From Patescibacteria group bacterium (GTDB lineage: Bacteria; Patescibacteriota; Patescibacteriia; Patescibacteriales; UBA12465): a stretch of DNA of 64,000 nucleotides. The notes beneath the pieces were generated by a model, which was given only the letters and a program-made list of their open reading frames with translations, ran no database searches and had not been told where the DNA came from. Location of the stretch: positions 38,690 to 102,689 of the forward strand of contig JBAZNJ010000003.1 of NCBI GenBank assembly GCA_041649315.1, written 5' to 3'. The stretch's first letter is position 1, and each line of letters opens with the position of its first letter. A program made the translations under genes and the position numbers. Shown here in pieces: positions 1 to 9,717 of the stretch.

Positions 1-2
1 AG

Positions 3-245
3 GTGGCGGCCGGTGCGGAAATAGCCGGAAAAGAAGCAGGTAAGAATCTTTTTAAGATTTTAGATCGGCGTGAAGCTATAAAAAAAGCTTTATTATTAGC
101 GGAAAAAGATGATTTATTGTTATTTACTGGCAAAGGAGCGGAACAGGCAATTTGCGTGGCTCATGGCCGGATGATCCCTTGGGATGAGCAGAAAGAAGTT
201 CGGCAGGCGATTGTGGATAAAATGTGTATTGACAAAAAAGAATAA
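3..245 (+). CDS. Mur ligase family protein, C-terminal fragment (gene begins upstream of window)
   Basis: The ORF is open to the window edge. The pattern DRREAIKKAL..AEKDDLLLFTGKGAE resembles the C-terminal domain of MurE/MurF-type ligases (DR..AI ... GKGHE region). The specific ligase cannot be assigned. Confidence 0.45.
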   Translation: MAAGAEIAGKEAGKNLFKILDRREAIKKALLLAEKDDLLLFTGKGAEQAICVAHGRMIPWDEQKEVRQAIVDKMCIDKKE

Positions 246-547
246 TTATAATATTATAAGGGTACTCTTACACTTTTTTACCTAAAAAAAAGTGATTTAT
301 CAAAAAACGAATTAATTCAATACTCTACGCGAAACTCAAACCAATTGGGAATGGGATTTTTTTGTTAAATAAAATAAATTGATCTCCATTTTTTTATTTT
401 CTCCAGTAATAACTTTAGCAACAATCCGATAAAAACTGCCGCTAACCACGCGCAAGAAGACCAGCGACAGCCCTATTTTTTGCCGGCAAAATTCAGGTTT
501 ATAGAATCTTTATAGAAATTTTTAAATAATTTTAACTTCTATATATT

Positions 548-3500
548 ATGTCTAAACGCAAATCATTCTTAGAGACCAGCACGAGCGTCCCGATGCCGGA
601 TTTGATTGAAATCCAAAAAGATTCTTATCGCTGGTTCCTAAAAGAGGGCTTGGCGGAATTATTTGATGAAATAAATCCAGTTGGCGATTTTATCGGCCGT
701 GATTTGGAATTATATTTTGAAGATTACTATCTAGATGAGCCGAAGTTTTCCGAATTAGAAAGCCGGACAAAAAATATTACTTATGAAGCGCCTTTGCGCG
801 TTAAAACCCGCTTAGTCAATAAAAAAACCAAGCGGTCTTTGAACCAGGAAATTTTTCTCGGCGATTTTCCTTTGATGACTGACAAAGGGACCTTTATCAT
901 TAACGGGATTGAACGGGTCGTTGTTTCTCAGTTAATCCGCAGCGCCGGCGTAATGTTTACAGCAGAATTTATAAAAGGAAAAAAATGTTATGGCGCAAAG
1001 ATTATTCCGAACCGCGGCGCTTGGCTGGAAATAGAAACGGACGCCAGCAAGGTTATTTGGGTTCGGATTGACCGGAAACGGAAAGTCGCGATAACTTCAC
1101 TGTTGCGCGCTTTGAATCAAGAAAGCGATAAAGAAAAATATCTTAGCGACGCTGATTTCATCAAGCTTTTTTCGGATGTTGACTTGGTTAAAGATAAAGA
1201 TGAAAAGGGTTATATTGAATCGACTTTAGAAAAAGATATTGCCAAGGACGAAGCTGAGGGCCTACAAGAGGTTTACCGCCGGATTCGACCGGGCGACTTA
1301 GCTTCGACGGAAAATGCCCGCCAATTAATCCATTCAATGTTTTTCCGTTTTGATCGTTATGATTTCGGCCGCGTCGGACGCTATAAATTAAATCGCCGCT
1401 TTGAACTTGATTTGCCGGCCAATAAAAAAGAGAATCGCGTTTTACGCAAAGAAGATTTAATTTTAATAATTAAGGAAGTCATCCGTTTGAATATTACTAA
1501 AGAGCTGGAAGACGATATCGATCATCTTGGCAACCGCCGCGTTCGGGCGATTGGCGGCTTGATTCAAAATCGTTTCCGGGTCGGCTTGGCGCGGATGGAG
1601 CGGATTATTAAAGATCGGATGTCCACTTCTGATATTGCCTCATTAACACCCTCGAAATTAGTTAACGCCCGTCCGGTAATCGGCGTGGTGCGGGAATTTT
1701 TCATGTCCTCTCAGTTGTCGCAATTCATGGACCAGACCAATCCGCTTGCCGAATTGGAACATAAGCGCCGCTTGTCGGCCATGGGTCCGGGCGGCTTGAC
1801 TCGGGAGCGCGCCGGTTTTGATGTTCGTGATGTGCATTCAACTCATTACGGCCGGATTTGCCCGATCGCGACGCCGGAAGGACCGAATATCGGTTTGGTC
1901 GGCCATTTAGCAAGTTACGCGCGGCTCAATAGCTACGGTTTTTTAGAAACCCCTTATCGTAAAGTGGCCCATGATAAAAAGGGAAGCCGGATGACGGATG
2001 AGCTTGTTTATCTTGATGCTTTTGAAGAAGAAAAATATATTACCGTTGATGCAACGATTCCGATGGATAAAAATGGTTATTTTTTAGTCGATAAATTTGA
2101 AGTTAGAAAATATGGCCAGCCGGGTTTGTCCGAGACTGGTAAGATCGATTTCGTCGGCGTGGCCGCGAATCAGATTATTTCTATCGCGACTTCGCTTATC
2201 CCGTTCATGGAACATAATGATGGTCAGCGGTCTTTAATGGGTACGAACATGCAACGTCAGGCCGTGCCGCTTGTTAAAGCCGAAGCCCCGATTGTCGGGA
2301 CCGGCGTTGAAGAACGGGCGGCGCGCGATAGCGGCCATGTCGTTATTGCCGGCGATGACGGGACGATAAGCAAAGTCGAGGCGGCGACGATTGAATTGAC
2401 GAGCAAGAAGGGTGAAATTATCACTTATGATTTAAATAAATTTTTACGCTCTAATTCTTCGACTTGTATTAATCAGCATCCGGTCGTGGAAGTTGGGCAG
2501 AAAGTCAAGAAAGGAGATATTTTGTCGGACGGCCCGGCGATTGATAATGGTGAATTATCTTTGGGTCGCAATGTTTTGGTCGCTTTTATGACCTGGGAAG
2601 GTTTTAACTATGAAGACGCGGTTATTATTTCCGAACGTTTGGTTAAGGAGGACGTTTATTCTTCTATCCATATTGAAAATTATACGATTGATGTCCGTGA
2701 TACCAAACTTGGTCCGGAAGTGATTACTAACGATATTCCGAATATTTCCGAAGAGAAATTAAAGAATTTGGACGAAGATGGTATTATCCGAATCGGCGCC
2801 GAGGTTTCTTCCGGGGATATTTTAGTCGGTAAAATTACGCCGAAAGGCGAAACGACTTTGTCGGCCGAAGAAAAATTGCTTCGGGCGATTTTTGGCGAGA
2901 AAGCTAAAGATGTTCGTGATTCTTCCTTGTATTTAGAGCATGGCGAACATGGTAAGGTTGTTGATATAAAAATATTCTCTCGTGAAGAAGGCGATAAATT
3001 ATCGGCCGGCGTTTTGAAATCTATCCAAGTCGCGGTCGCGAATCTGCGGAAAATTCAGGTCGGCGATAAAATGTCCGGTCGACATGGAAACAAAGGTGTT
3101 ATTTCCCGCGTGGTGCCGGTCGAAGATATGCCGTTTATGGCTGACGGGACGCCGATTGACGTGGTTCTGTCTCCTTTGGGTATTATTTCTCGTATGAATC
3201 TCGGCCAGTTGCTTGAAACGCATCTCGGCTTTGCCGCCAAAAAATTAGGCCATCGAGTCGTGACCCCGGCTTTAAACGGAATTACGGAAGAACAGATTAA
3301 AAGCGAATTAAAGGAAGCGGGTTTACCGGAAGACGGAAAAGTTACTTTGTATGACGGGAAGACCGGCGATGCTTATGATCATAAAATTACGGTCGGTTAT
3401 AAGTATGTGTTGAAGCTTAACCATATGGTTGAAGATAAGATTCATCAGCGTTCTATCGGTCCTTACTCTTTAATTACTCAACAGCCCTTGGGCGGTAAAG

Positions 3501-3877
3501 CGCAATTCGGCGGCCAGAGATTCGGTGAAATGGAAGTCTGGGCTTTAGAGGGCTATGGCGCGGCGCACACCTTGCAGGAAATGTTAACGATTAAATCCGA
3601 TGACGTGCCCGGTCGGAGCAAGGCTTATGAGGCGATTATCAAGGGCGAAGAAATTGAAAAACTTAATGTTCCGGAATCTTTTAATGTCTTGATTCGCGAA
3701 CTTAAAGGTCTTGGCTTGAATGTCGAATTGCTTGGCGGTACCGGCGGCCAGCCGGCTTCGGAAGTCGTAACGGAAATTGATGAAGAAATTAGTGAAGAAG
3801 AAAAATTAGCTTTAGAAAAACCGGAAATAATAGTTGATTTGAAAGAAGGTAACGAGGGGAGCGAAGTAGAAGAATAA
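548..3877 (+). CDS. rpoB: DNA-directed RNA polymerase subunit beta
   Basis: 1109-aa ORF with hallmark blocks: HLGNRRVR, LSAMGPGGLTRERAGFDVRDVHSTHYGRICPIATPEGPNIGL, MSGRHGNKGVISR and GGQRFGEMEVWALEGYGAAH. It lies directly upstream of rpoC. Confidence 0.97.
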   Translation: MSKRKSFLETSTSVPMPDLIEIQKDSYRWFLKEGLAELFDEINPVGDFIGRDLELYFEDYYLDEPKFSELESRTKNITYEAPLRVKTRLVNKKTKRSLNQEIFLGDFPLMTDKGTFIINGIERVVVSQLIRSAGVMFTAEFIKGKKCYGAKIIPNRGAWLEIETDASKVIWVRIDRKRKVAITSLLRALNQESDKEKYLSDADFIKLFSDVDLVKDKDEKGYIESTLEKDIAKDEAEGLQEVYRRIRPGDLASTENARQLIHSMFFRFDRYDFGRVGRYKLNRRFELDLPANKKENRVLRKEDLILIIKEVIRLNITKELEDDIDHLGNRRVRAIGGLIQNRFRVGLARMERIIKDRMSTSDIASLTPSKLVNARPVIGVVREFFMSSQLSQFMDQTNPLAELEHKRRLSAMGPGGLTRERAGFDVRDVHSTHYGRICPIATPEGPNIGLVGHLASYARLNSYGFLETPYRKVAHDKKGSRMTDELVYLDAFEEEKYITVDATIPMDKNGYFLVDKFEVRKYGQPGLSETGKIDFVGVAANQIISIATSLIPFMEHNDGQRSLMGTNMQRQAVPLVKAEAPIVGTGVEERAARDSGHVVIAGDDGTISKVEAATIELTSKKGEIITYDLNKFLRSNSSTCINQHPVVEVGQKVKKGDILSDGPAIDNGELSLGRNVLVAFMTWEGFNYEDAVIISERLVKEDVYSSIHIENYTIDVRDTKLGPEVITNDIPNISEEKLKNLDEDGIIRIGAEVSSGDILVGKITPKGETTLSAEEKLLRAIFGEKAKDVRDSSLYLEHGEHGKVVDIKIFSREEGDKLSAGVLKSIQVAVANLRKIQVGDKMSGRHGNKGVISRVVPVEDMPFMADGTPIDVVLSPLGIISRMNLGQLLETHLGFAAKKLGHRVVTPALNGITEEQIKSELKEAGLPEDGKVTLYDGKTGDAYDHKITVGYKYVLKLNHMVEDKIHQRSIGPYSLITQQPLGGKAQFGGQRFGEMEVWALEGYGAAHTLQEMLTIKSDDVPGRSKAYEAIIKGEEIEKLNVPESFNVLIRELKGLGLNVELLGGTGGQPASEVVTEIDEEISEEEKLALEKPEIIVDLKEGNEGSEVEE

Positions 3878-3932
3878 ACCATAAGTTTCTAATCTTTCAA
3901 TTTTTAATTTTTCAATTTTTAATTTAAATATT

Positions 3933-6900
3933 ATGCTTAATCCCATAAAAACCAGCGATTTTTCCGCCATCCGCTTAAAGCTTGCTAGCCCGGAAGAGAT
4001 CTTGAATTGGTCGCACGGCGAAATAACTCGGCCGGAGACAATTAATTATCGGACGCAGAAGCCGGAAAAGGACGGCTTATTTTGCGAGAAGATTTTCGGT
4101 CCGACTAAGGATTGGGAATGTGCTTGCGGCAAGTATAAAAAAATTCGCTATAAGGGAATCGTTTGCGATAAATGCGGGGTGGAAGTGACGCGCAGCATTG
4201 TCCGCCGGGAACGCCTCGGCCATATTTCCTTACAGATTCCGGCTACCCATATCTGGTTTTTAAGAGGCCTTTCCTCTAAGATTGGCTTGCTTTTGAATCT
4301 TGGTATCCAGTCCTTGGAAAAGGTTATTTATTACGCGAGTTTTATCGTTACCGAAGTTGATGAAAATTTAAAAGAAGCGACGATTGAACAAATTAAACAG
4401 GAATATAAGAGCAAGGTTAAAAGCATTGATAATGATTTTAATGTTCGGGCGAAAGCGCTTAAGGAAGGCGGAGAAAACGATGAAAATAGTGGCGGACTGA
4501 AAGAAGAGATTAAGGCCAAGGCGGAGAAATTAGCGCGTTTGGAAGAAGATTTTGCCCAAGCTCAGAAAGAATTAAAAGAATTAAAACCGCTTTTGATTTT
4601 ATCGGAACAGCAATATCAGGAATTGAGCCGGAAATTCGGCCATATCTTTGAAGCCGGAATCGGCGCTGACGCTATCCGCCAGCTTTTATCAAAAATTGAT
4701 TTGGAAAAAAGCATTGCGGCGTTAGAAGAAAAATTAAACGGCGCGGTCGATTCGAAAAAAGAAAAATTAGTAAAACGTTTGAAATTGTTAAAGAGTTTTC
4801 GTAATAATAATATTCGGCCGGAATGGATGATCTTGACGGTCATGCCGGTTGTCCCGCCGGATTTGCGGCCGATGGTCGCGCTTGACGGCGGACGTTTTGC
4901 CGCTTCTGATTTGAATGATTTATATCGCCGGATTATTAATCGCAATAATCGTTTAAAGCAATTAATGGAGCTGAATGCGCCGGAAGTTATTTGCCGTAAT
5001 GAAAAGCGGATGTTGCAGGAAGCGGTGGACGCTTTAATTGATAACAGCGCCCGGCATACGAAAACCGTTACTGCTTCGACTGGCCAGAAGCGCCAGTTGA
5101 AATCCTTGGCCGATACTTTAAAGGGAAAACAGGGGCGTTTCCGTCAAAATTTATTGGGTAAGCGCGTTGATTATTCCGGTCGTTCGGTTATTGTCGTCAA
5201 TCCGAAATTGAATCTTGACCAATGCGGTTTACCGAAGACCATGGCCTTAGAATTGTTTAAGCCTTTTATTATTTCCCAGTTGATTAAACGGGAAATTGTT
5301 CATAATGTCCGGAGCGCTTCTCGTTATATTGAAGCCGGGCATGACGAGGTCTGGGATATTTTAGAAGAAATTATTAAAGGCGCTTTTGTTTTGCTTAATC
5401 GGGCGCCGACCTTACATCGTTTAGGCATCCAGGCTTTCCGGCCAATCTTGATTGAAGGCAAGGCGATCCAGATTCATCCGCTCGTTTGTACGGCCTTCAA
5501 TGCCGACTTTGATGGCGACCAAATGGCCGTCCATGTGCCTTTAACTAAAGAGGCCAAACACGAGGCAGAAACTTTAATGTTGTCTTCTCATAATTTATTG
5601 AAACCGGCCACCGGCGATCCGATTGTCGCTCCAGCCCAGGATATCGTCTGGGGAACTTATTATATTACTTTAGCCGAAAAGGATTATGAGACCAAAAAAA
5701 TCGAGGAGATGAAAGCTTTCTATAATGAAGACGAAGCGCGCTTGGCTTATGAAAACGACGGGATTGATTTACATGAAGCGATTCGTGTTAAGTATAACGG
5801 CGAGATGCTTAAAACTACGATTGGACGTTTGATTTTTAATTCTTTATTGCCGGAAAAATTGCGTTATCTTAATGAGGTGGTCGGTAAAGGCAAGCTTAAA
5901 GATTTGATTCGGGAATGTTTGCGGATTTACGGCGAAGAAGAGACCGTGAAATTTATTGACGGCTTAAAGAACCGGAGTTTTTTCTTCATTACTAAATCCG
6001 GTTTGTCCTGGGGTTTCGGCGATTTGCCGTCTCTGCCGGAGAAAGACCGTTTGATTGAAGCGGCTAATCGCCAGGTGGAAGTTATCCAGGAACAGTATAA
6101 CGAAGGGCTTTTGACCGAAAGCGAGCGTTATGCCAAGGTAATTGAAGAATGGACTAACACTAAAGATAAGATTGCTAATGTTTGTAAACAGGGTTTAACC
6201 GATATTCTTCCGGTTTATTCCATGATTGATTCCGGCGCCCGCGGTTCTTGGGCTCAGCCGGTCCAGATTTTGGGCATGAAAGGCCTTGTGACTTCGCCGT
6301 CCGGCGCGATCATCGAATTACCGGTTAAAGGAAATTTTAAAGAGGGTTTCGGCGTTTTAGAATATTTTATTTCTACTCATGGCGTCCGCAAAGGTTTGTC
6401 GGATACGGCCTTAAGAACGGCCAATGCCGGTTATTTAACTCGTCGTTTAGTTGATGTTTCCCAAGACGTGATTATTTCCGAAGACGACTGCGGCGATACT
6501 GACGGCTTGGATTTGAACCGGGAAGAGATAGAAAAGAGCGGTGAAGATTTTTTCAAGCGGCTTATCGGCCGCTATCTGGCGAAAGATGTCTTGGATAAAA
6601 AAGGCAAGGTTATCCTGAAAGCCGGAGAGATGTTAGACGAGGAACATATTAAATCATTAAAAGCTAAAGATATCAGCGATGTCTGCGTTCGTTCGGTTTT
6701 AAGCTGTAAGATGCATAAGGGGATTTGCGCTAAATGTTATGGTTGGGATCTCGCTTATAATCGTCCGGTGAGCATGGGATCAACGGTTGGGATTATCGCG
6801 GCGCAATCAATTGGTGAACCGGGTACACAGTTGACGATGAGAACTTTCCATACCGGCGGCGTGGCCGGCCAGGATGATATTACCCAGGGTTTGCCGCGGG

Positions 6901-7862
6901 TTGAAGAAATCTTTGAAGCACGTTCGCCGAAGAAGAAAGCTTTGATTTCCGATGTAGCCGGCCGAATCAAGATTGAATTTGCCCAGAAGATAATCAAGGA
7001 TAAGGACGGCAAGGACATTTCCGTCAGCAACCCACAGACCAAGGTTCTCAGCATTTATTACCAAGGCCAGGAACAGGATAAATATTATTTTTCCGAGAAA
7101 GTAAACGAGCTTAAATTGGCTGGCGGCTTAACCGCGAAGGACGCAAAGAAACTGGAAATTAAAGTATTGGTTAAGGATGGAGCGGAGGTCGCTAAGAATA
7201 CGGATTTATTCAAAGTCGGCGCGGAAATCGTCCGGGCTAAGGCGGCCGGAAAAGTCGCGGTGGCGGAAAAATACGTAGCCGTTTCCAAGTCCGTCGAGAA
7301 AGTCAAGGAATTCTCGATTATTAAGGGAACGATGCTTTTAGTTAAAGACGGCGAGACGATTGAGCGCGGCCAACAGTTAACCGAAGGCAGTTTAGATTTG
7401 CGCGAACTTTATAAATTAAAGGGCCGTTTGGAAACCCAGAAATATATTATTAAAGAAATTCAATATGTTTACGGTTCCCAAGGCCAGCCCCTAAATGATA
7501 AGCATGTAGAGATTATTGCTCGCCAGATGTTTAGTCGTCATTTAATTAAAGAAGCGGGCGAGACCAATCTCTTGCCAGGCGAAACGGTTGAGGAAGAAGT
7601 TTTAGAAGTCGCGAATAAGGGTTTAAAGAAACCGGCAGGCGCTGAGCGCTTGTTGCTCGGTATTACTAAGGCCTCTTTAACGACCGACAGTTTCTTGTCT
7701 GCCGCTTCCTTTCAGGAAACTTCCCGTGTTTTGATTGACGCGGCGGTTAACGGCAAGATTGATTATCTTGAGGGCTTGAAAGAGAACGTTATTATCGGTT
7801 GTCTTATTCCGGCCGGAACCGGTTATAAGGGTAAAAAGAAGCGGGAGGATTTTGGGAAATAA
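3933..7862 (+). CDS. rpoC: DNA-directed RNA polymerase subunit beta'
   Basis: 1309-aa ORF with the Zn-finger CACGKYKKIRYKGIVCDKCGVEV, the catalytic NADFDGDQMAVHVPL motif, and the LNRAPTLHRLGIQAF block. Confidence 0.97.
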   Translation: MLNPIKTSDFSAIRLKLASPEEILNWSHGEITRPETINYRTQKPEKDGLFCEKIFGPTKDWECACGKYKKIRYKGIVCDKCGVEVTRSIVRRERLGHISLQIPATHIWFLRGLSSKIGLLLNLGIQSLEKVIYYASFIVTEVDENLKEATIEQIKQEYKSKVKSIDNDFNVRAKALKEGGENDENSGGLKEEIKAKAEKLARLEEDFAQAQKELKELKPLLILSEQQYQELSRKFGHIFEAGIGADAIRQLLSKIDLEKSIAALEEKLNGAVDSKKEKLVKRLKLLKSFRNNNIRPEWMILTVMPVVPPDLRPMVALDGGRFAASDLNDLYRRIINRNNRLKQLMELNAPEVICRNEKRMLQEAVDALIDNSARHTKTVTASTGQKRQLKSLADTLKGKQGRFRQNLLGKRVDYSGRSVIVVNPKLNLDQCGLPKTMALELFKPFIISQLIKREIVHNVRSASRYIEAGHDEVWDILEEIIKGAFVLLNRAPTLHRLGIQAFRPILIEGKAIQIHPLVCTAFNADFDGDQMAVHVPLTKEAKHEAETLMLSSHNLLKPATGDPIVAPAQDIVWGTYYITLAEKDYETKKIEEMKAFYNEDEARLAYENDGIDLHEAIRVKYNGEMLKTTIGRLIFNSLLPEKLRYLNEVVGKGKLKDLIRECLRIYGEEETVKFIDGLKNRSFFFITKSGLSWGFGDLPSLPEKDRLIEAANRQVEVIQEQYNEGLLTESERYAKVIEEWTNTKDKIANVCKQGLTDILPVYSMIDSGARGSWAQPVQILGMKGLVTSPSGAIIELPVKGNFKEGFGVLEYFISTHGVRKGLSDTALRTANAGYLTRRLVDVSQDVIISEDDCGDTDGLDLNREEIEKSGEDFFKRLIGRYLAKDVLDKKGKVILKAGEMLDEEHIKSLKAKDISDVCVRSVLSCKMHKGICAKCYGWDLAYNRPVSMGSTVGIIAAQSIGEPGTQLTMRTFHTGGVAGQDDITQGLPRVEEIFEARSPKKKALISDVAGRIKIEFAQKIIKDKDGKDISVSNPQTKVLSIYYQGQEQDKYYFSEKVNELKLAGGLTAKDAKKLEIKVLVKDGAEVAKNTDLFKVGAEIVRAKAAGKVAVAEKYVAVSKSVEKVKEFSIIKGTMLLVKDGETIERGQQLTEGSLDLRELYKLKGRLETQKYIIKEIQYVYGSQGQPLNDKHVEIIARQMFSRHLIKEAGETNLLPGETVEEEVLEVANKGLKKPAGAERLLLGITKASLTTDSFLSAASFQETSRVLIDAAVNGKIDYLEGLKENVIIGCLIPAGTGYKGKKKREDFGK

Positions 7863-7879
7863 CTAGTGAATTAAGATAA

Positions 7880-7904
7880 AAAGCCCCGTTAGGGGCTTTT
7901 TTTA
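7880..7904 (+). terminator. Rho-independent terminator after rpoC
   Basis: Stem AAGCCCC (7881-7887), loop GTTA, stem GGGGCTT (7892-7898), followed by a T-run to 7903. Confidence 0.7.
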
Positions 7905-7931
7905 TTCCTAAAAATGCCGTAAAATAGAAGT

Positions 7932-9449
7932 ATGAGTATTTTTAAGCCATCCTTAGGGAAAGGGCCTTTATTTAGATTACGCTTGTTTTTTGCTTTGGCG
8001 ATTTTGCTTATTGCCGGAATTTTTTTGTATTTAAAAATAGTACCTTTCGGGTCAATTACTTATGAGCGAACCTGGCCGCGCGGCTTGGCTTCGGGCAAGG
8101 GTTTTTTCTATGATTTTAAGCCGACGGAACGAATTGCGCCTGAAGCCGATGGCCGGCCGGGCGGCGGCGATTCTTTAAAAATCATCGGCGATCCGGTTTA
8201 TTTTTCTTTATTCACGCCCCGGACTTTTGATCAAGCGATTTTAATTATTAAATATCGCGACCATCTTAGTGAAAATACGCCGCTCATTGAAGCTGGCTTG
8301 TTACGCGATAAGTTCACCGGCGCTTATGATTTAAAGCCGATTCAGAATAATATTTTAGACGCTTTTCGTTTTTCTTGGCCGCGCTTGGAAGATAGGCCTG
8401 AGCGGTTAATCCTCCAGGCGGAAAAATATTATAATGACCCAGAAGAATTTATGGCGGACCTGGCCGCGGGCGGGCTTAAGGGCTGTCCGCCGGGTAAGCC
8501 GACGGCCTGCGTCGCGGTTTATAATTATCCTTTGTCCGCCGCTTATCGTCGCCCGGGTTATGAGTCGCTTAAGCCTTTAATTATTAACCAACCACTGCGC
8601 GGCGCGCATCAGTTTTATGTTTATCTGAGCGGCCCTTGGCGTTTAAGCTTTAATTTTTTAGACCTTAATCTTGACCCGGCCGATGATCCGATTACGGTTA
8701 ATGTTTTATTCGGAGATGAAATTATCGCTACAAAATCTTTAGAGGATTTATTGCCGCTTGCGTCAGACGAGGCGCCGGAAGAGCGGGAATTAATCATTGA
8801 GGGCGCAGGCGCTCCGGCCGGGGCTTATCGGGCGGAAATAAAAACGAGCGACGATATTGTTATTTCGGAAATTAAAAGCTCGTCTGACCAATTATCTTTT
8901 ATTAATAAGCTTTGGCCGGTTTCCGGACCGGGAAATTTATCGGTTTTTACTGATACAGGTACTATCAGCGCCCAGACCTGGGCGCCGGCTAGTTTAGGGC
9001 CGATTATTTTCGGCGGCCGCGAATTTTCGCTGGATAAAACTTATGAGCAGTTTGATTTTAAAGCAGACGGTAATCTTAATGAAATAAAATTAGAGAAAGA
9101 TGATGTGATTTTGGCCGGTAGTGGAGTTTTTAGTTTTAGCCGCAATAGTTTGTTTAACCCGAGTTTTAAAAAGATTGACCGTTATTTTTCGCCGGGCGAG
9201 GAAATCCAATATATCATTGCCGCTTATGAACGGCCGATAGAAAATAAGGGTATAAAAACGGCGCGAGTTGAATTTGATCTCTGGGGCGCCTATCGGGAAG
9301 ACGGAAAATATACTTTTTTGATTTCCGCCCCCGGGCTTAATCCGAATGACGCGCTTGATGATTATTTAGAGATTGAAGAAATTAAAGTAGAATTAAAAGG
9401 GAAGACATTAGTTGAGAAGATTAGGGAAGTAATAAGGCAAGAAAAATAA
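7932..9449 (+). CDS. Hypothetical membrane-anchored protein (single N-terminal TM helix, large extracytoplasmic domain)
   Basis: 505-aa ORF with no competing frame. The N-terminal hydrophobic helix is LFFALAILLIAGIFLYLKIV. I recognise no catalytic motif. Confidence 0.5.
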   Translation: MSIFKPSLGKGPLFRLRLFFALAILLIAGIFLYLKIVPFGSITYERTWPRGLASGKGFFYDFKPTERIAPEADGRPGGGDSLKIIGDPVYFSLFTPRTFDQAILIIKYRDHLSENTPLIEAGLLRDKFTGAYDLKPIQNNILDAFRFSWPRLEDRPERLILQAEKYYNDPEEFMADLAAGGLKGCPPGKPTACVAVYNYPLSAAYRRPGYESLKPLIINQPLRGAHQFYVYLSGPWRLSFNFLDLNLDPADDPITVNVLFGDEIIATKSLEDLLPLASDEAPEERELIIEGAGAPAGAYRAEIKTSDDIVISEIKSSSDQLSFINKLWPVSGPGNLSVFTDTGTISAQTWAPASLGPIIFGGREFSLDKTYEQFDFKADGNLNEIKLEKDDVILAGSGVFSFSRNSLFNPSFKKIDRYFSPGEEIQYIIAAYERPIENKGIKTARVEFDLWGAYREDGKYTFLISAPGLNPNDALDDYLEIEEIKVELKGKTLVEKIREVIRQEK

Positions 9450-9467
9450 AAACCCATTAAATTAAAT

Positions 9468-9713
9468 ATGATTAAAATCAGCCGCCAATTTATTTTACGA
9501 GAATTTTTCTATTTTTTTGGCTTGCTTTTTTTAGTTTTATTTTTAATGGAAATAATCTGGCCGAACATTATTCTAGCTTATTTAAATTTTAATTTTTTAT
9601 TTATCATCGTTTTGATTTTTGGGATTTTATTTTTACGGAGTTGTCATCAAACCGCAAAATCTAAGGAAGAAATAAGGTCTGGCGATGATCCTCTTTTAAA
9701 AATTAAGCAATAA
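9468..9713 (+). CDS. Small integral membrane protein (2 predicted TM helices), unknown function
   Basis: 81-aa ORF, very hydrophobic (FFYFFGLLFLVLFLMEIIW, FLFIIVLIFGILFL). It is tightly packed between flanking genes on the same strand. Confidence 0.4.
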   Translation: MIKISRQFILREFFYFFGLLFLVLFLMEIIWPNIILAYLNFNFLFIIVLIFGILFLRSCHQTAKSKEEIRSGDDPLLKIKQ

Positions 9714-9717
9714 TCAT

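Noticed and set aside
246-547. ncRNA or attenuator in the 300-nt gap upstream of rpoB (AT hairpin CACTTTTTT/AAAAAAGTG at ~271-294; palindrome TTTTGCCGGCAAAA at 477-490; imperfect stem CTGCCGCT/AGCGACAG at ~437-471)
   Set aside because: The structures are short, AT-rich or imperfect. I cannot match them to any known leader or RNA family, so the evidence is too weak to report as a feature.
1725-7306. Antisense ORFs inside rpoB/rpoC (1725-1913, 2999-3240, 3625-3882, 4331-4945, 6755-7306)
   Set aside because: They lie entirely within, and antisense to, genes with unambiguous conserved motifs. They have odd Ser/Arg/Pro-rich composition and no start context, so they are frame artefacts.
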